This document shows, in pieces, positions 38,290 to 49,504 of a stretch of DNA of 54,244 nt; the stretch's first letter is position 1, and every line of letters begins with the position of its first letter. This DNA is from Planctomycetota bacterium (GTDB lineage Bacteria; Planctomycetota; Planctomycetia; JALXBF01). Where the stretch lies: NCBI GenBank assembly GCA_026991575.1, contig JALXBF010000110.1, positions 1-54,244 on the forward strand. The letters run 5' to 3'. Under the pieces are notes generated by a model that ran no database searches, was not told where the DNA came from, and saw only the letters and a program-made list of their open reading frames with translations. The position numbers and the translations under genes are program-made.

Positions 38290-38808
38290 ATGAGTGACCG
38301 TTATCGTGTTGGGCTTGGCGAGGACTCGCATCGGCTGGTCCGGGCGCGGCCGTTGATCCTTGGCGGTGTGCGCATTCCGTATGAGTACGGACTGGCCGGC
38401 CACAGCGATGCCGATGTCGTTTTGCACGCCGTGGCCGATGCCCTGCTAGGCGCCGCCGGCCTGGGTGACATCGGGGAGCTTTTCCCGGACCGCGACCCGA
38501 CGTACAAAGACGTCGAATCGACCGTCCTGCTGGCTGACGTCCTGGATCGGGTGCGACAGGCCGGCTGGCAGCCAGTCAACGTGGACCTGGTCATCCACGC
38601 TCAGCGACCGAGTCTCTCCGAGTACAAGCCTAAGATACAGCAGCGGATCGCGGAACTGTTGGGCATCCCGGCCAACGCAGTAGGGGTAAAGGCCAAGACG
38701 GGCGAAGGAGTCGGTCCGGTAGGGCGTGGCGAAGTGATTCGCTGTCACGCGGTGGTGCTGGTGCGAACCACCGACAACCAGGCAACTGATGCCGAGGCAA
38801 GTGGCTGA
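38290..38808 (+). CDS. ispF: 2-C-methyl-D-erythritol 2,4-cyclodiphosphate synthase
   Basis: RVGLGEDSHRL, GHSDADVVLHAVADALLGAAGLGDIGELFPD, VKAKTGE. Confidence 0.96.
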   Translation: MSDRYRVGLGEDSHRLVRARPLILGGVRIPYEYGLAGHSDADVVLHAVADALLGAAGLGDIGELFPDRDPTYKDVESTVLLADVLDRVRQAGWQPVNVDLVIHAQRPSLSEYKPKIQQRIAELLGIPANAVGVKAKTGEGVGPVGRGEVIRCHAVVLVRTTDNQATDAEASG

Positions 38809-38813
38809 CCACC

Positions 38814-40367
<1,554 letters not shown>

Positions 40368-40391
40368 CCGGCCGCGGAGCGTCGCTAGCGG

Positions 40392-40955
40392 ATGACAACG
40401 GTGCCGCATCGGGAGCAGCAAGCGGTTGCCGGCATCCGTCGCGTTGTCGGTGTCGACCCAGGCCTGCGCGTCACCGGCTACGCGGCAGTGGGCCGGCGCC
40501 GTTCCGGCCACCTGCGCCAGCTTTGCTGGCAGGTCGAAGAGGCGGGCGTGATCCGTCCGACGCCGGATGAATCGCTCGAGAGCCGCCTCGAGCAACTGTT
40601 CCTCGCCCTGGGCAACGTCTTGGACCAGTATCGCCCCGACGCCGTGGCGCTCGAGGACTTGCACAGCAACTACCGACATCCCCGCACCGCGATCCTCATG
40701 GGGCATGCCCGCGGCGTGCTCTGCCTGGCCGCTGCGGTTCGAGGCATCCCCGTGCTGAGCTACCCGCCGGCCCGGGTTAAGCAAGCAATCACCGGCAGCG
40801 GTCGAGCCAGCAAGGCACAGGTGCGTCGCGCGTTGTGCCACCAATTGGCGCTTGCGGAAATCCCTGAGCAGCACGACCTCACAGACGCCCTAGCCGTCGC
40901 GGTCTGCTGCCTGTGCGATCAATCCGAGCGTTCTTCCTCCATAGGTCAGCGATGA
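40392..40955 (+). CDS. ruvC: Holliday junction resolvase
   Basis: GVDPGLRVTGY, ALED, MGHARG, VKQAITGSGRASKAQV, DALAVA. Confidence 0.93.
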   Translation: MTTVPHREQQAVAGIRRVVGVDPGLRVTGYAAVGRRRSGHLRQLCWQVEEAGVIRPTPDESLESRLEQLFLALGNVLDQYRPDAVALEDLHSNYRHPRTAILMGHARGVLCLAAAVRGIPVLSYPPARVKQAITGSGRASKAQVRRALCHQLALAEIPEQHDLTDALAVAVCCLCDQSERSSSIGQR

Positions 40956-41602
40956 TTGCAGCAATCCAGGGCAAGCTGGTGGCGCTGGACGACGAGGCAG
41001 CGCTGGTCCAGGTGGGTGGGTTCGAGTACGAGGTACTCGTCTGCGAGACGGTGCGGCGCAGGCTACAGAACCGGGTCGGTAGCACTGTGAAACTGCGTAC
41101 GGTCTACTACCTGGAAGGCAACGCAACGGGCGGTCGACTCGTGCCGCGTCTGGTCGGGTTTCTGGATCCGGTGGAGGTCAAGTTCTTTGAGCAGCTTTCC
41201 TCGGTTAGCGGCCTGGGACCACGGCGGGCACTGAACATGATGAGGTGGCCAGTGAGCCAACTGGCCACCGCGATACGCAACCGTGACGTTGACCTGCTCA
41301 GCAGTTTGCCCGGCGTGGGGAAAGCCACTGCCGAGAAGATCGTGGCCGCTTTGAGGCGTCACATGGAACCGTTCCTGACCGCGTTGGAGGGGGTCGAGGA
41401 ACCGGAAGTGGCGGGATTGCCGCGCAAGGACGTTGAGGCGGCGTTCCGGGCCCTGCTGCAGCTGGGGTTCAACGACTCAGAGGCGCGGGACACCATCCAA
41501 CGCGCGCTCTCCAGCGGCAAGACCTACACGTCGCTTGACGAACTGCTTCGCGACGCTCTTGCGCTTTACGGAAGCACGGGGACCGGTGGCGTGCGCCGCT
41601 AG
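40952..41602 (+). CDS. ruvA: Holliday junction branch migration protein RuvA
   Basis: MIAAIQGKL, VGGFEYEV, VSGLGPRRAL, LPGVGKATAEKI, ALLQLGF; ATGA overlap with ruvC. Confidence 0.93.
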   Translation: MIAAIQGKLVALDDEAALVQVGGFEYEVLVCETVRRRLQNRVGSTVKLRTVYYLEGNATGGRLVPRLVGFLDPVEVKFFEQLSSVSGLGPRRALNMMRWPVSQLATAIRNRDVDLLSSLPGVGKATAEKIVAALRRHMEPFLTALEGVEEPEVAGLPRKDVEAAFRALLQLGFNDSEARDTIQRALSSGKTYTSLDELLRDALALYGSTGTGGVRR

Positions 41603-42036
41603 CAGCCGAAGCCATCCTCAGAGCCTTGCACGATCAGTTCGTTTCCGTCCGGATCAGTCATGACGGCCAGTGGACCGATGGGCGTTTGCGCCGCAAACTG
41701 CTTCACGCTAACGCCGTCTCTGACCAACTCACGGCGTAGTCTTACGAAGTTCGGAACCCACAGCACGGCCGCACCGGTATTGGTCCGGATCGGACACTCG
41801 TTGAAGAAATCAGCCGGTACCAGGGTGATCGTTGCGCCCCCTGGCTGCCCCCCCGGCAGCAATTCCACCATCCTCAGGTCATCCATCTCTATGTCACGGA
41901 CGATCGTGCAACCGAAGTTCTCAACGTAGAAATCGACGGCCTCTTCGAAGTCTTCAACTGGGATGAGCACCGTACGCAAGCGGGCAGTCTGCCGCGACTC
42001 GCCAGCCACGCACTCGTGCTGCAATGACCTGCCCAT
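41599..42036 (-). CDS. VOC/glyoxalase family protein
   Basis: LIPVEDFEEAVDFY...DPDGNELIV; AGGAGG SD. Confidence 0.8.
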   Translation of the reverse strand: MGRSLQHECVAGESRQTARLRTVLIPVEDFEEAVDFYVENFGCTIVRDIEMDDLRMVELLPGGQPGGATITLVPADFFNECPIRTNTGAAVLWVPNFVRLRRELVRDGVSVKQFAAQTPIGPLAVMTDPDGNELIVQGSEDGFGC

Positions 42037-42166
42037 CACATCCCTCCTGTTCGAACCCGGAACTTCCCGTTACGCAACCAACAGCCTGACCATCCCCCCG
42101 GCCACCAGCGCCGACCCGGGGTCCCAGCGGCCGTCTCTGGCGCCCCCCCGCGGCTGCAGTGGCCAC

Positions 42167-43588
42167 CTACTTGTTGCTTTCACGAGCAGCCCCCTGCTCA
42201 CCAGGCACATCGCCCGTTTCGCGACGCAGCTCATCGATGCGCCGCAGCAGACGCTGCTTCAGGTCGGCGTACTGAGGGTCATAGGCCAGGTTGAACCGCT
42301 CTAGCGGATCGTTCTGCAGGTCGTACAGCTCGAACTGGTCGACCTCGTAATAGTGGATCAGCTTCCAGCGCTCGGTACGAATCCCCCGGTGCTTGCGGAC
42401 ACTGTGAGGGCCGGGATACTCGAAGTATTCGTACAGCCAGTCCTTGCGCCACTCGACCTGCTTGCCCGCCAGCAGCGGCACCAGACTGCGGCCATGCATA
42501 CGATCCGGCACGCTCAGGCCGGCCAGCTCCAAGACCGTGGGCGCAATGTCGACGTTCAGCACCATTTCGTCGCGGACCGTGCCCGGCTTGACAAGCCGTG
42601 GATAACGGATCAGCAACGGCACGCGAATGGACGGCTCGTGCATGAACCGTTTGTCAAACGCGCGCCATTCCCCAAGGAAGAAGCCGTTGTCCCCCGTGTG
42701 GATCACGCAAGTGTCCTGGTCAATCCCCTCCTCTTCCAGCACCCGCAGCAGCCGGCCGATGTTCTCATCCACTGCCACGATCGTGGCATAGTAGTCCTTG
42801 ACAAACTCCAGCGAGCGTACGTCAGGAAAGTCGCCGATCTTGTTGGTCGCCTCGACGAACGCAGCCGGTTTGCCAGGATAGCCCTTCAGGTCCTCGTCGT
42901 ACGTAACCGGCTTAGGAATCACCACCGTGCGGAACAGGTCGTGATGACGGCGCGCCCGGATCCAACTGCGGTGCGGCGCCTTGAACCACAGGAACAGGCA
43001 GAACGGCCTCGACTTGTCCCGCCCACGTTTGATCCATTCGATCGCCTTGCCCGTCACAATGTCGTCCATGTATCCCTGGTACTGGCGGTCCTGCCCGTTG
43101 ACCCCCTCTCGGATGATCGGGTTCAAGTACCGGCCCTGGCCCACGTAGCCGAAGTAGTAGTCCCACTGGCGGTCCCGCAAGGCGCCCCGCACGTGCGACT
43201 TGCCACAAAACACCACCTGGTACCCCGCAGCGCGGAGATAGTCCGAGAGGATGGGGATGGCAGGTGGCAACGGACGCCGCTTGTTGTCGATTACGCCATG
43301 GCTGTGCGAGTACAGGCCGGTTAGCAGTGTGGCGCGGCTGGGGGCACAGAGGGAGTTTGTGACGAACATGTTCAGGAATCTTGCTCCCTCCGCGGCAATC
43401 CGATCCATGTTAGGCGTCCGAAGGATGGGATTGCCTGCGCAACTCATGGCATCCCAGCGCTGGTCATCGGTCATGAGAATGACGAAGTTTGGCCGATCGG
43501 CCGCAGCCGCCGTCACCGATTGCCGCGTCACCAGGAGGGTAAGTGCTGGGACGATGAGGACGGCGGCCAGGCATCGGTGCACGCGCAC
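42167..43588 (-). CDS. Secreted formylglycine-dependent sulfatase (S1 family)
   Basis: RPNFVILMTDDQRWD, CAPSRATLLTG (CxPxR), GKSH, KAPH, GDNG..GE...DKR; signal peptide; GTG start with GGAGGA SD. Confidence 0.93.
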   Translation of the reverse strand: MRVHRCLAAVLIVPALTLLVTRQSVTAAAADRPNFVILMTDDQRWDAMSCAGNPILRTPNMDRIAAEGARFLNMFVTNSLCAPSRATLLTGLYSHSHGVIDNKRRPLPPAIPILSDYLRAAGYQVVFCGKSHVRGALRDRQWDYYFGYVGQGRYLNPIIREGVNGQDRQYQGYMDDIVTGKAIEWIKRGRDKSRPFCLFLWFKAPHRSWIRARRHHDLFRTVVIPKPVTYDEDLKGYPGKPAAFVEATNKIGDFPDVRSLEFVKDYYATIVAVDENIGRLLRVLEEEGIDQDTCVIHTGDNGFFLGEWRAFDKRFMHEPSIRVPLLIRYPRLVKPGTVRDEMVLNVDIAPTVLELAGLSVPDRMHGRSLVPLLAGKQVEWRKDWLYEYFEYPGPHSVRKHRGIRTERWKLIHYYEVDQFELYDLQNDPLERFNLAYDPQYADLKQRLLRRIDELRRETGDVPGEQGAARESNK

Positions 43589-43869
43589 GTCAGATCCTCC
43601 ACCAGCTACTTGCGTAGCATCAAGCAACAAACTCCGGACTAGCCAACGGAGACGGTCGGCAGCACGCTACCGGCAGCGGGTCCGCGGTTCCCACCAGGTC
43701 CCGGTGAGGGCCGCGGCGAACGCCTCCAGCCGACGGCACAGCGCAAACGCGTACGATGACGCGATCCGGCAGCGCGGGCCGTGGCGAGACCACCATAATA
43801 CCGCGAGGAATGCCGGCGCCGATAGGGGCCGCCCGTTGCCGCGTTGACCGCGACGAGGAGGACCGGAGC

Positions 43870-44868
43870 ATGGCCAACGTGATGCGAGCCGTCGTCGTTC
43901 AGGGAGGCCAACTACGGGTCGAATCGAACTATCCCGTGCCCGAACCCGGCGACGGTGAGGTTCTGGTACGCGTGGTGCGTGCGGGAATCTGCGACACGGA
44001 CTTGCAGATCGTCCGCGGCTACATGCGCTTTGAGGGGGTGTTGGGCCATGAGTTTGTCGGAGTGGCCCACAGCGGCGAACATGCCGGCAAGCTTGTCGCC
44101 TGCGAGATCAATTGCTCGTGCGGACGGTGTGATTTCTGCAAGGGGGGCCTGAGGAATCACTGCCCGGAGCGAACCGTGCTGGGTATCGCCGGCCACGACG
44201 GCGCCTTTGCCGACTACATCGCTGTGCCCGAGATGAACCTGCACCCGATTCCGGAAGGATTGCATCCAGAGCATGCGGTGTTCGTCGAGCCGCTGGCAGC
44301 CGCGTTCCAAATCGTCAGGCAGACGGCCATCGGCCCCGGCACCAGGTGCCTGGTGCTGGGCGATGGAAAGCTGGCCTATCTGGTGGCTCAGGTGCTGAAG
44401 CTGCATCAGGCCAGCGTGCTGGTGCTGGGTAAGCATCCGGCGAAGCTGGCACTGTTTGAGCGACGGGGCATTCAAGCGGAACTGCTTTCCCAGCGCCGCC
44501 CCCGGCCCGAGTTCGACCTGGCCGTCGAATGCACCGGCTCGCCTGAGGGGCTGGCCACGGTGCTCCCGCTGCTTCGGCCACGCGGCACCATTGTGTTGAA
44601 AACGACGGTTGCCGATCCGATTAGCGTCGATCTGGCCCCTGTGGTCATCCATGAGCTCACCTTGATCGGCTCACGCTGTGGACCGTTCCCGCCGGCCATT
44701 GAGGCGCTTCGGTCCGGAGCGGTTGAAGTGGAGACGTTCATTGAAGCCGTGTATCGGTTGGACGCTGCCCGTGCGGCGTTTGAGCATGCCGCGCGACCCG
44801 GCACGCGCAAGATCCTCTTTGCCGTGGACGAATCGGTGCCCAGCCTGCTGAAAGTGCGCGGCAGCTGA
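43870..44868 (+). CDS. Zn-dependent MDR alcohol dehydrogenase-like protein
   Basis: GICDTD, LGHEFVG, CGRCDFC..7..C structural Zn site, EPLAAA, GDGKLA, GSRCGPF. Confidence 0.88.
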   Translation: MANVMRAVVVQGGQLRVESNYPVPEPGDGEVLVRVVRAGICDTDLQIVRGYMRFEGVLGHEFVGVAHSGEHAGKLVACEINCSCGRCDFCKGGLRNHCPERTVLGIAGHDGAFADYIAVPEMNLHPIPEGLHPEHAVFVEPLAAAFQIVRQTAIGPGTRCLVLGDGKLAYLVAQVLKLHQASVLVLGKHPAKLALFERRGIQAELLSQRRPRPEFDLAVECTGSPEGLATVLPLLRPRGTIVLKTTVADPISVDLAPVVIHELTLIGSRCGPFPPAIEALRSGAVEVETFIEAVYRLDAARAAFEHAARPGTRKILFAVDESVPSLLKVRGS

Positions 44869-44924
44869 GCTGCTGGCGTGGACAAACGGGGGTGAAAGGG
44901 GCATGGTAGCCCTGGTTGGCTGCG

Positions 44925-44953
44925 TTGACCGGGTGTCTGGCCGTTGCTAGCAT
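44925..44953 (+). promoter_or_regulatory. Sigma70 promoter of ruvB
   Basis: TTGACC-N17-TAGCAT with an extended -10 TG. Confidence 0.65.
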
Positions 44954-45010
44954 GCGTTAGGCTGGGCAGGCGAAGCAACTGGGACAGGCGACGGCCGTTA
45001 GGGAGTGTGT

Positions 45011-46057
45011 ATGCCGCGCGAAGCGCTCATCAGCGGAGGCGGTTACGAGCGGGAAGACGAGGCATTCTTTGACAGCCTGCGGCCGCGACGGCTGAGCGAG
45101 GTCATCGGGCAGCGCAAGGTAGTGGAACGGCTGCGCATTTGCCTGCGCGCCGCCGTCTCACGTCGCGAACCCTTCCCCCACTTACTGCTCGATGGTCCAC
45201 CGGGCATCGGCAAGACCACGCTGGCCACCGTCATCCCCAACGAACTGAACGTCGATCTGCAGATGACCAGCGGTGCTGCGCTGACGAGCCCGAAGGACAT
45301 CATCCCCTACTTGACCAACGCCTCGGAGTTCTCCGTTCTCTTCATCGACGAGGTGCATCGGCTACCCCGGGCTGTGGAAGAGTTCCTCTACCCGGCAATG
45401 GAGGACTTCCGAATCGATTTCGTGATCGGCGAGGGCATCGGGGCCCGAACCATCAATATGCCGCTGAAACCATTCACCGTGATCGCCGCCACAACACGCA
45501 GCGGCATGGTGTCCGGACCGCTCCGCGATCGCTTCCTTGTGCACGAGCACCTTGACTACTACAGCGTGGAGGAACTCGCAGAGATCGTGCGCGTCAACGC
45601 CAGGCGGCTTCAGTGCCCCCTCGACGAGGAGGCGGCTGTGGAGATCGCCCGGCGCAGTCGGGGCACGCCGCGCATCGCGAACGCGCGCTTACGCTGGGTC
45701 CGCGATTATGCTACCGCTCGTGCCGATGGACGGGTCACCGCGGCTCTGGCTGCCGAAGCGCTGGAGATGCTGGAGGTCGATGCTGAAGGCCTTGACGCGC
45801 GCGATCGTCAGTATCTGGAAACGCTCATTCGCGTTTACGGTGGCGGGCCTGCCGGGTTGGAGGCCCTGGCCGCCACGCTGAACGTTTCGGCCGATACGCT
45901 CGCAGACGACGTCGAGCCTTACCTGCTGCGCTGCGGCTACATCATCCGGACGCCCCGAGGACGGGTGGCAACGCCGCAAGCCTACAACCACCTCGGACTC
46001 GAGCCGGCAACGGGCAAGCCGGCCCGGACCCGCAGCAGGCAAAAGAAGCTGCTGTGA
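45011..46057 (+). CDS. ruvB: Holliday junction branch migration helicase RuvB
   Basis: LRPRRLSEVIGQ, GPPGIGKTTLA, FIDEVHRL, LYPAMEDF, ATTRSG, PLRDRF, SRGTPRIAN, EPYL...RTPRGR. Confidence 0.97.
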   Translation: MPREALISGGGYEREDEAFFDSLRPRRLSEVIGQRKVVERLRICLRAAVSRREPFPHLLLDGPPGIGKTTLATVIPNELNVDLQMTSGAALTSPKDIIPYLTNASEFSVLFIDEVHRLPRAVEEFLYPAMEDFRIDFVIGEGIGARTINMPLKPFTVIAATTRSGMVSGPLRDRFLVHEHLDYYSVEELAEIVRVNARRLQCPLDEEAAVEIARRSRGTPRIANARLRWVRDYATARADGRVTAALAAEALEMLEVDAEGLDARDRQYLETLIRVYGGGPAGLEALAATLNVSADTLADDVEPYLLRCGYIIRTPRGRVATPQAYNHLGLEPATGKPARTRSRQKKLL

Positions 46058-46218
46058 GCCGCCGCCGGGCGCGCCGATGTCCCGGACGCAGCACTAGCGT
46101 GAATCGCTTTGGTTAAACGGCTCGTCGCTCGGGCGACCGCGCCGCTTGCCGAATGCATTCCGCCCGCTGCCATCTCGCGCAAAAGGCCCCTCCGGGCGGT
46201 GTAGGCCGTGCCGGGCCA

Positions 46219-48096
46219 TCACCCGGCCAGCGGCCGCTGATGGCCGGGTGCTTGCTCTAGGCCCGCCAGTGTGCGCAACTGGTCAGCTTCGATCACCTCA
46301 AGCTCATACAGAGCGTCCGCAACCCGCTCCAGCGCAGCGCGTCGCTGCTCGAGCAGCTCGCGTACGCTGCGGGCCGCATCTTCGATGAGTCGCTTGATCT
46401 CCTCGTCCACTTCCCGCGCAGTGGCTTCGCTGTACAGTCGTACGCCGGCCTCTTCCTCCTCGTGATTGGCCGGCAGGAACCGGCCGCTCGGCTTCCCGTA
46501 ACTGACCCGCCCCAGCCGCTCGCTCATCCCGAAGCTGGTTACCATGTGCCTGGCAATGCGCGTGGCACGTTCCAGGTCGTTCTGCGCCCCGCTGGATGCT
46601 TCGCCCAGAAGCAACTCTTCAGCCACCATGCCTGCCAGCAAGACGCGCAGCTCGGCAAGCAGCTGACTCTTGGTTGCCAGATAACGGTCGTGTTCGGGCA
46701 GCTGCAACGTGTAGCCCAACGCCGCAACGCCGCGGGGAATGATCGAAACCTTGTGCACCGGGTCGACGCCTTTGGTGAACAGCGCGGCCACCGCATGCCC
46801 GGCCTCGTGCACTGCGATCCGTCGCTTTTCCTCCGGCGTCAGAACCCGCCGCTTCTTTTCCAAGCCGGCAATCACTCGTTCGATCCCCTCCTCCAGCTCC
46901 GCACGGGTGATCTCGCTGCGGCCTGAGCGGGCCGCCAGCAGCGCCGCCTCGTTGATCAGATTCGCCAGGTCCGCCCCCACAAAGCCCGGCGTCATGGCCG
47001 CGATCTCACGCAGGCTGACGTCCGGTGCCATCTTCACATGCCGGGCATGGACACGCAGAATCGCCTCGCGACCGTTGATGTCGGGTCGGTCCACGACGAC
47101 GTGCCGGTCGAACCGCCCTGGCCGCAGTAGCGCGGGGTCGAGCGTTTCGGGGCGGTTGGTAGCCGCCATGACGATGATGCCATCGCTGGAGTCGAAGCCG
47201 TCCATTTCGACGAGCAACTGGTTCAAGGTCTGCTCCCGCTCGTCGTGACCGCCGATGGGGATGCCGCCACGCGTCTTGCCCAATGCGTCCAGCTCATCGA
47301 TGAACACGATGCACGGGGCATGCTGCTGAGCTTGCTTGAACAGATCCCGGACCCGCGCCGCCCCGACTCCCACGAACATCTCGACGAATTCCGAACCGGA
47401 CATGCTGAAGAACGGTACCCCTGCCTCACCGGCAACCGCCTTGGCCAGCAGCGTCTTGCCCGTGCCGGGTGGGCCGACCAAGAGCAAGCCTTTTGGCATC
47501 CGCCCGCCGAGGGCCTGGAACCGTTCTGGATTCTTCAGGAACTCGACGATCTCGCGTAGCTCATCCACCGCCTCATCGATACCGGCCACATCGTCGAACG
47601 TGACCTTCACCTCCTGCTGCTCGTACATGCGAGCCCGGCTGCGTGCGAACGCCATTGCTGAGCCACCACCGCCGACGCGGCGCATCATAAGCACGAACAG
47701 GCCGATCAGCAGCACGGTCGGCAGCAGGTAGAGCAGCAACGTGGGCAAGCCCGAGCCATCGCGCGTCCCGGTAAACGGCACACCGTGCTTGCGAAGAAGG
47801 CTGTATAGCTCGGTGTCGTTCTCCACGCCGCGACGGGCCGTGCGGAACGGAAACGTGATGCCGTCCAGCGCGATGCGACCGCGAATCTCCGAAGGGCTCA
47901 GCCTGGCATAGACCACCGAGCCGTCCTGGACATATTGCAGGAACTCCCAGTACTCCAGCTCGTGGACGCGGTGCTGGCCCGTGAAGGCATGAAAGAGCAG
48001 TGCTCCCAGAGCCGCTCCGGCAAGCGCCAGTAGAAACCAGCCCCAACGGGGGCCTTTGGCCGCAGGGCCTTTCCCTCCTTTTTGGGGAAAACTCAT
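46219..48096 (-). CDS. ftsH: ATP-dependent zinc metalloprotease FtsH
   Basis: Two TM segments, [47 protein letters not shown]. Confidence 0.96.
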   Translation of the reverse strand: MSFPQKGGKGPAAKGPRWGWFLLALAGAALGALLFHAFTGQHRVHELEYWEFLQYVQDGSVVYARLSPSEIRGRIALDGITFPFRTARRGVENDTELYSLLRKHGVPFTGTRDGSGLPTLLLYLLPTVLLIGLFVLMMRRVGGGGSAMAFARSRARMYEQQEVKVTFDDVAGIDEAVDELREIVEFLKNPERFQALGGRMPKGLLLVGPPGTGKTLLAKAVAGEAGVPFFSMSGSEFVEMFVGVGAARVRDLFKQAQQHAPCIVFIDELDALGKTRGGIPIGGHDEREQTLNQLLVEMDGFDSSDGIIVMAATNRPETLDPALLRPGRFDRHVVVDRPDINGREAILRVHARHVKMAPDVSLREIAAMTPGFVGADLANLINEAALLAARSGRSEITRAELEEGIERVIAGLEKKRRVLTPEEKRRIAVHEAGHAVAALFTKGVDPVHKVSIIPRGVAALGYTLQLPEHDRYLATKSQLLAELRVLLAGMVAEELLLGEASSGAQNDLERATRIARHMVTSFGMSERLGRVSYGKPSGRFLPANHEEEEAGVRLYSEATAREVDEEIKRLIEDAARSVRELLEQRRAALERVADALYELEVIEADQLRTLAGLEQAPGHQRPLAG

Positions 48097-48159
48097 GCAG
48101 CCGTCCCTAAGAGTGCTTGTCGTGCCGATGCGAAGCGGTGCGTGTCATTTCACAATCTA

Positions 48160-48168
48160 AATATACCA
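48160..48168 (-). promoter_or_regulatory. Extended -10 element upstream of ftsH
   Basis: TGGTATATT (TGn + TATATT) in an AT-rich patch 64 nt upstream of the ATG. Confidence 0.45.
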
Positions 48169-48237
48169 TGGGACAGGGCCGTGCCGGCCGTCATCGGCCG
48201 CAACCGATGGCGGTCTGCAAGCACGTGAGCATGCACC

Positions 48238-49407
48238 ATGGCGCGACGTATCGCAATCCTAGGCGCAACCGGTTCGATCGGGACAAACGCCCTAGAAGTC
48301 ATCGACCAGCTGAGCGATCGGCTTTGCGTCGATTCTCTCACGGCGCACCGCAGCTGGAGCCGTCTGGTCGAGCAAGCATGGCGTTTCCGTCCACGGTTCG
48401 TGACGCTCACGGACCTGGACGCACTCCGCAAGGCCAATCCTGCCCAGCTACCGCCCGAGACCCGCCTCGTGGACGGACCGGACCGGATCGAGCAACTTGT
48501 GACGGCTCCGGAAGTGGACATCGTGCTGGTCGCCGTCGTCGGCGCTGCCGGGCTGAAAGGCACTTGGGCGGCGGTCCAGCAGGGCAAGACAATTGCGATC
48601 GCCAACAAAGAAACACTCGTCCTCGCCGGGCCGCTGATCGTTGCCACGGCGCAACAGTGTGGGGCAACGTTGCTGCCGGTCGACAGCGAGCACAGTGCCA
48701 TCTTTCAGGCGCTTCAGGCCGGCACCCGGGAGCAAGTCCTGCGGGTCGTGCTAACCGCCAGCGGCGGGCCGTTCCGCACCTGGTCGACCGAGGAAATGGA
48801 GAACGCAACGTTGGAGCAGGCCCTTCAGCATCCCACGTGGCGTATGGGGCCGAAGATCACGGTGGATTCGGCCACCATGATGAATAAGGCGCTGGAAATC
48901 ATCGAGGCCCGCTGGCTGTTCGGATTCCGGCCCGACCAGATTCACGTCGTCATCCATCCTCAGTCGATCGTGCACTCGATGGTCGAGTTCACCGATGGTT
49001 CGGTCATCGCGCAGTTGTCGCCGCCCGACATGAAACTCCCGATCCAGTACGCACTTTGCTATCCAGAGCGGCTGCCCGGACCGGCCCGGCGTATGGACTG
49101 GAGCGTCAGCCACCGGTTGGAGTTCGAGCCGGCCGATCCGGATCGCTTCCCGGCGCTAGAGCTCGGTTATCGCGTGGCCGAGCTCGGGGGCACAAGCGGC
49201 GCCGTGCTGAACGCAGCCAACGAAGTAGCAGTCGATCGGTTTGCCCGCGGGGAGATCGGGTTCTTGGACATCGTACGATTATGCGAGGCGGTGCTGGAGG
49301 CGCACGAGGTCAGGCAACCTAACTCGCTGGAGGAGCTGCTTGAAGCCGATCGGTGGGCTCGTCAGCAGGCAACCCGCTGGCGTCGCCGCCCTCAGCTCCG
49401 ACGCTGA
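48238..49407 (+). CDS. dxr: 1-deoxy-D-xylulose-5-phosphate reductoisomerase
   Basis: LGATGSIG, ANKETLV, LPVDSEHSAIFQ, LTASGGPFR, HPTWRMGPKITVDSAT, NAANE. Confidence 0.97.
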   Translation: MARRIAILGATGSIGTNALEVIDQLSDRLCVDSLTAHRSWSRLVEQAWRFRPRFVTLTDLDALRKANPAQLPPETRLVDGPDRIEQLVTAPEVDIVLVAVVGAAGLKGTWAAVQQGKTIAIANKETLVLAGPLIVATAQQCGATLLPVDSEHSAIFQALQAGTREQVLRVVLTASGGPFRTWSTEEMENATLEQALQHPTWRMGPKITVDSATMMNKALEIIEARWLFGFRPDQIHVVIHPQSIVHSMVEFTDGSVIAQLSPPDMKLPIQYALCYPERLPGPARRMDWSVSHRLEFEPADPDRFPALELGYRVAELGGTSGAVLNAANEVAVDRFARGEIGFLDIVRLCEAVLEAHEVRQPNSLEELLEADRWARQQATRWRRRPQLRR

Positions 49408-49504
49408 CGGGCCGCCGGCACCGTGTTTGCTAGCGGCTTGCCCCATACCCGGCGCTTCTGACACCGCAACCCAGTTCTGTGCACGCTAAGGAGCACGATC
49501 GATT

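Noticed and set aside
48091..48118. GAGTGCT half-site near ftsH suggesting a CIRCE element
   Set aside because: No TTAGCACTC half-site at 9-nt spacing
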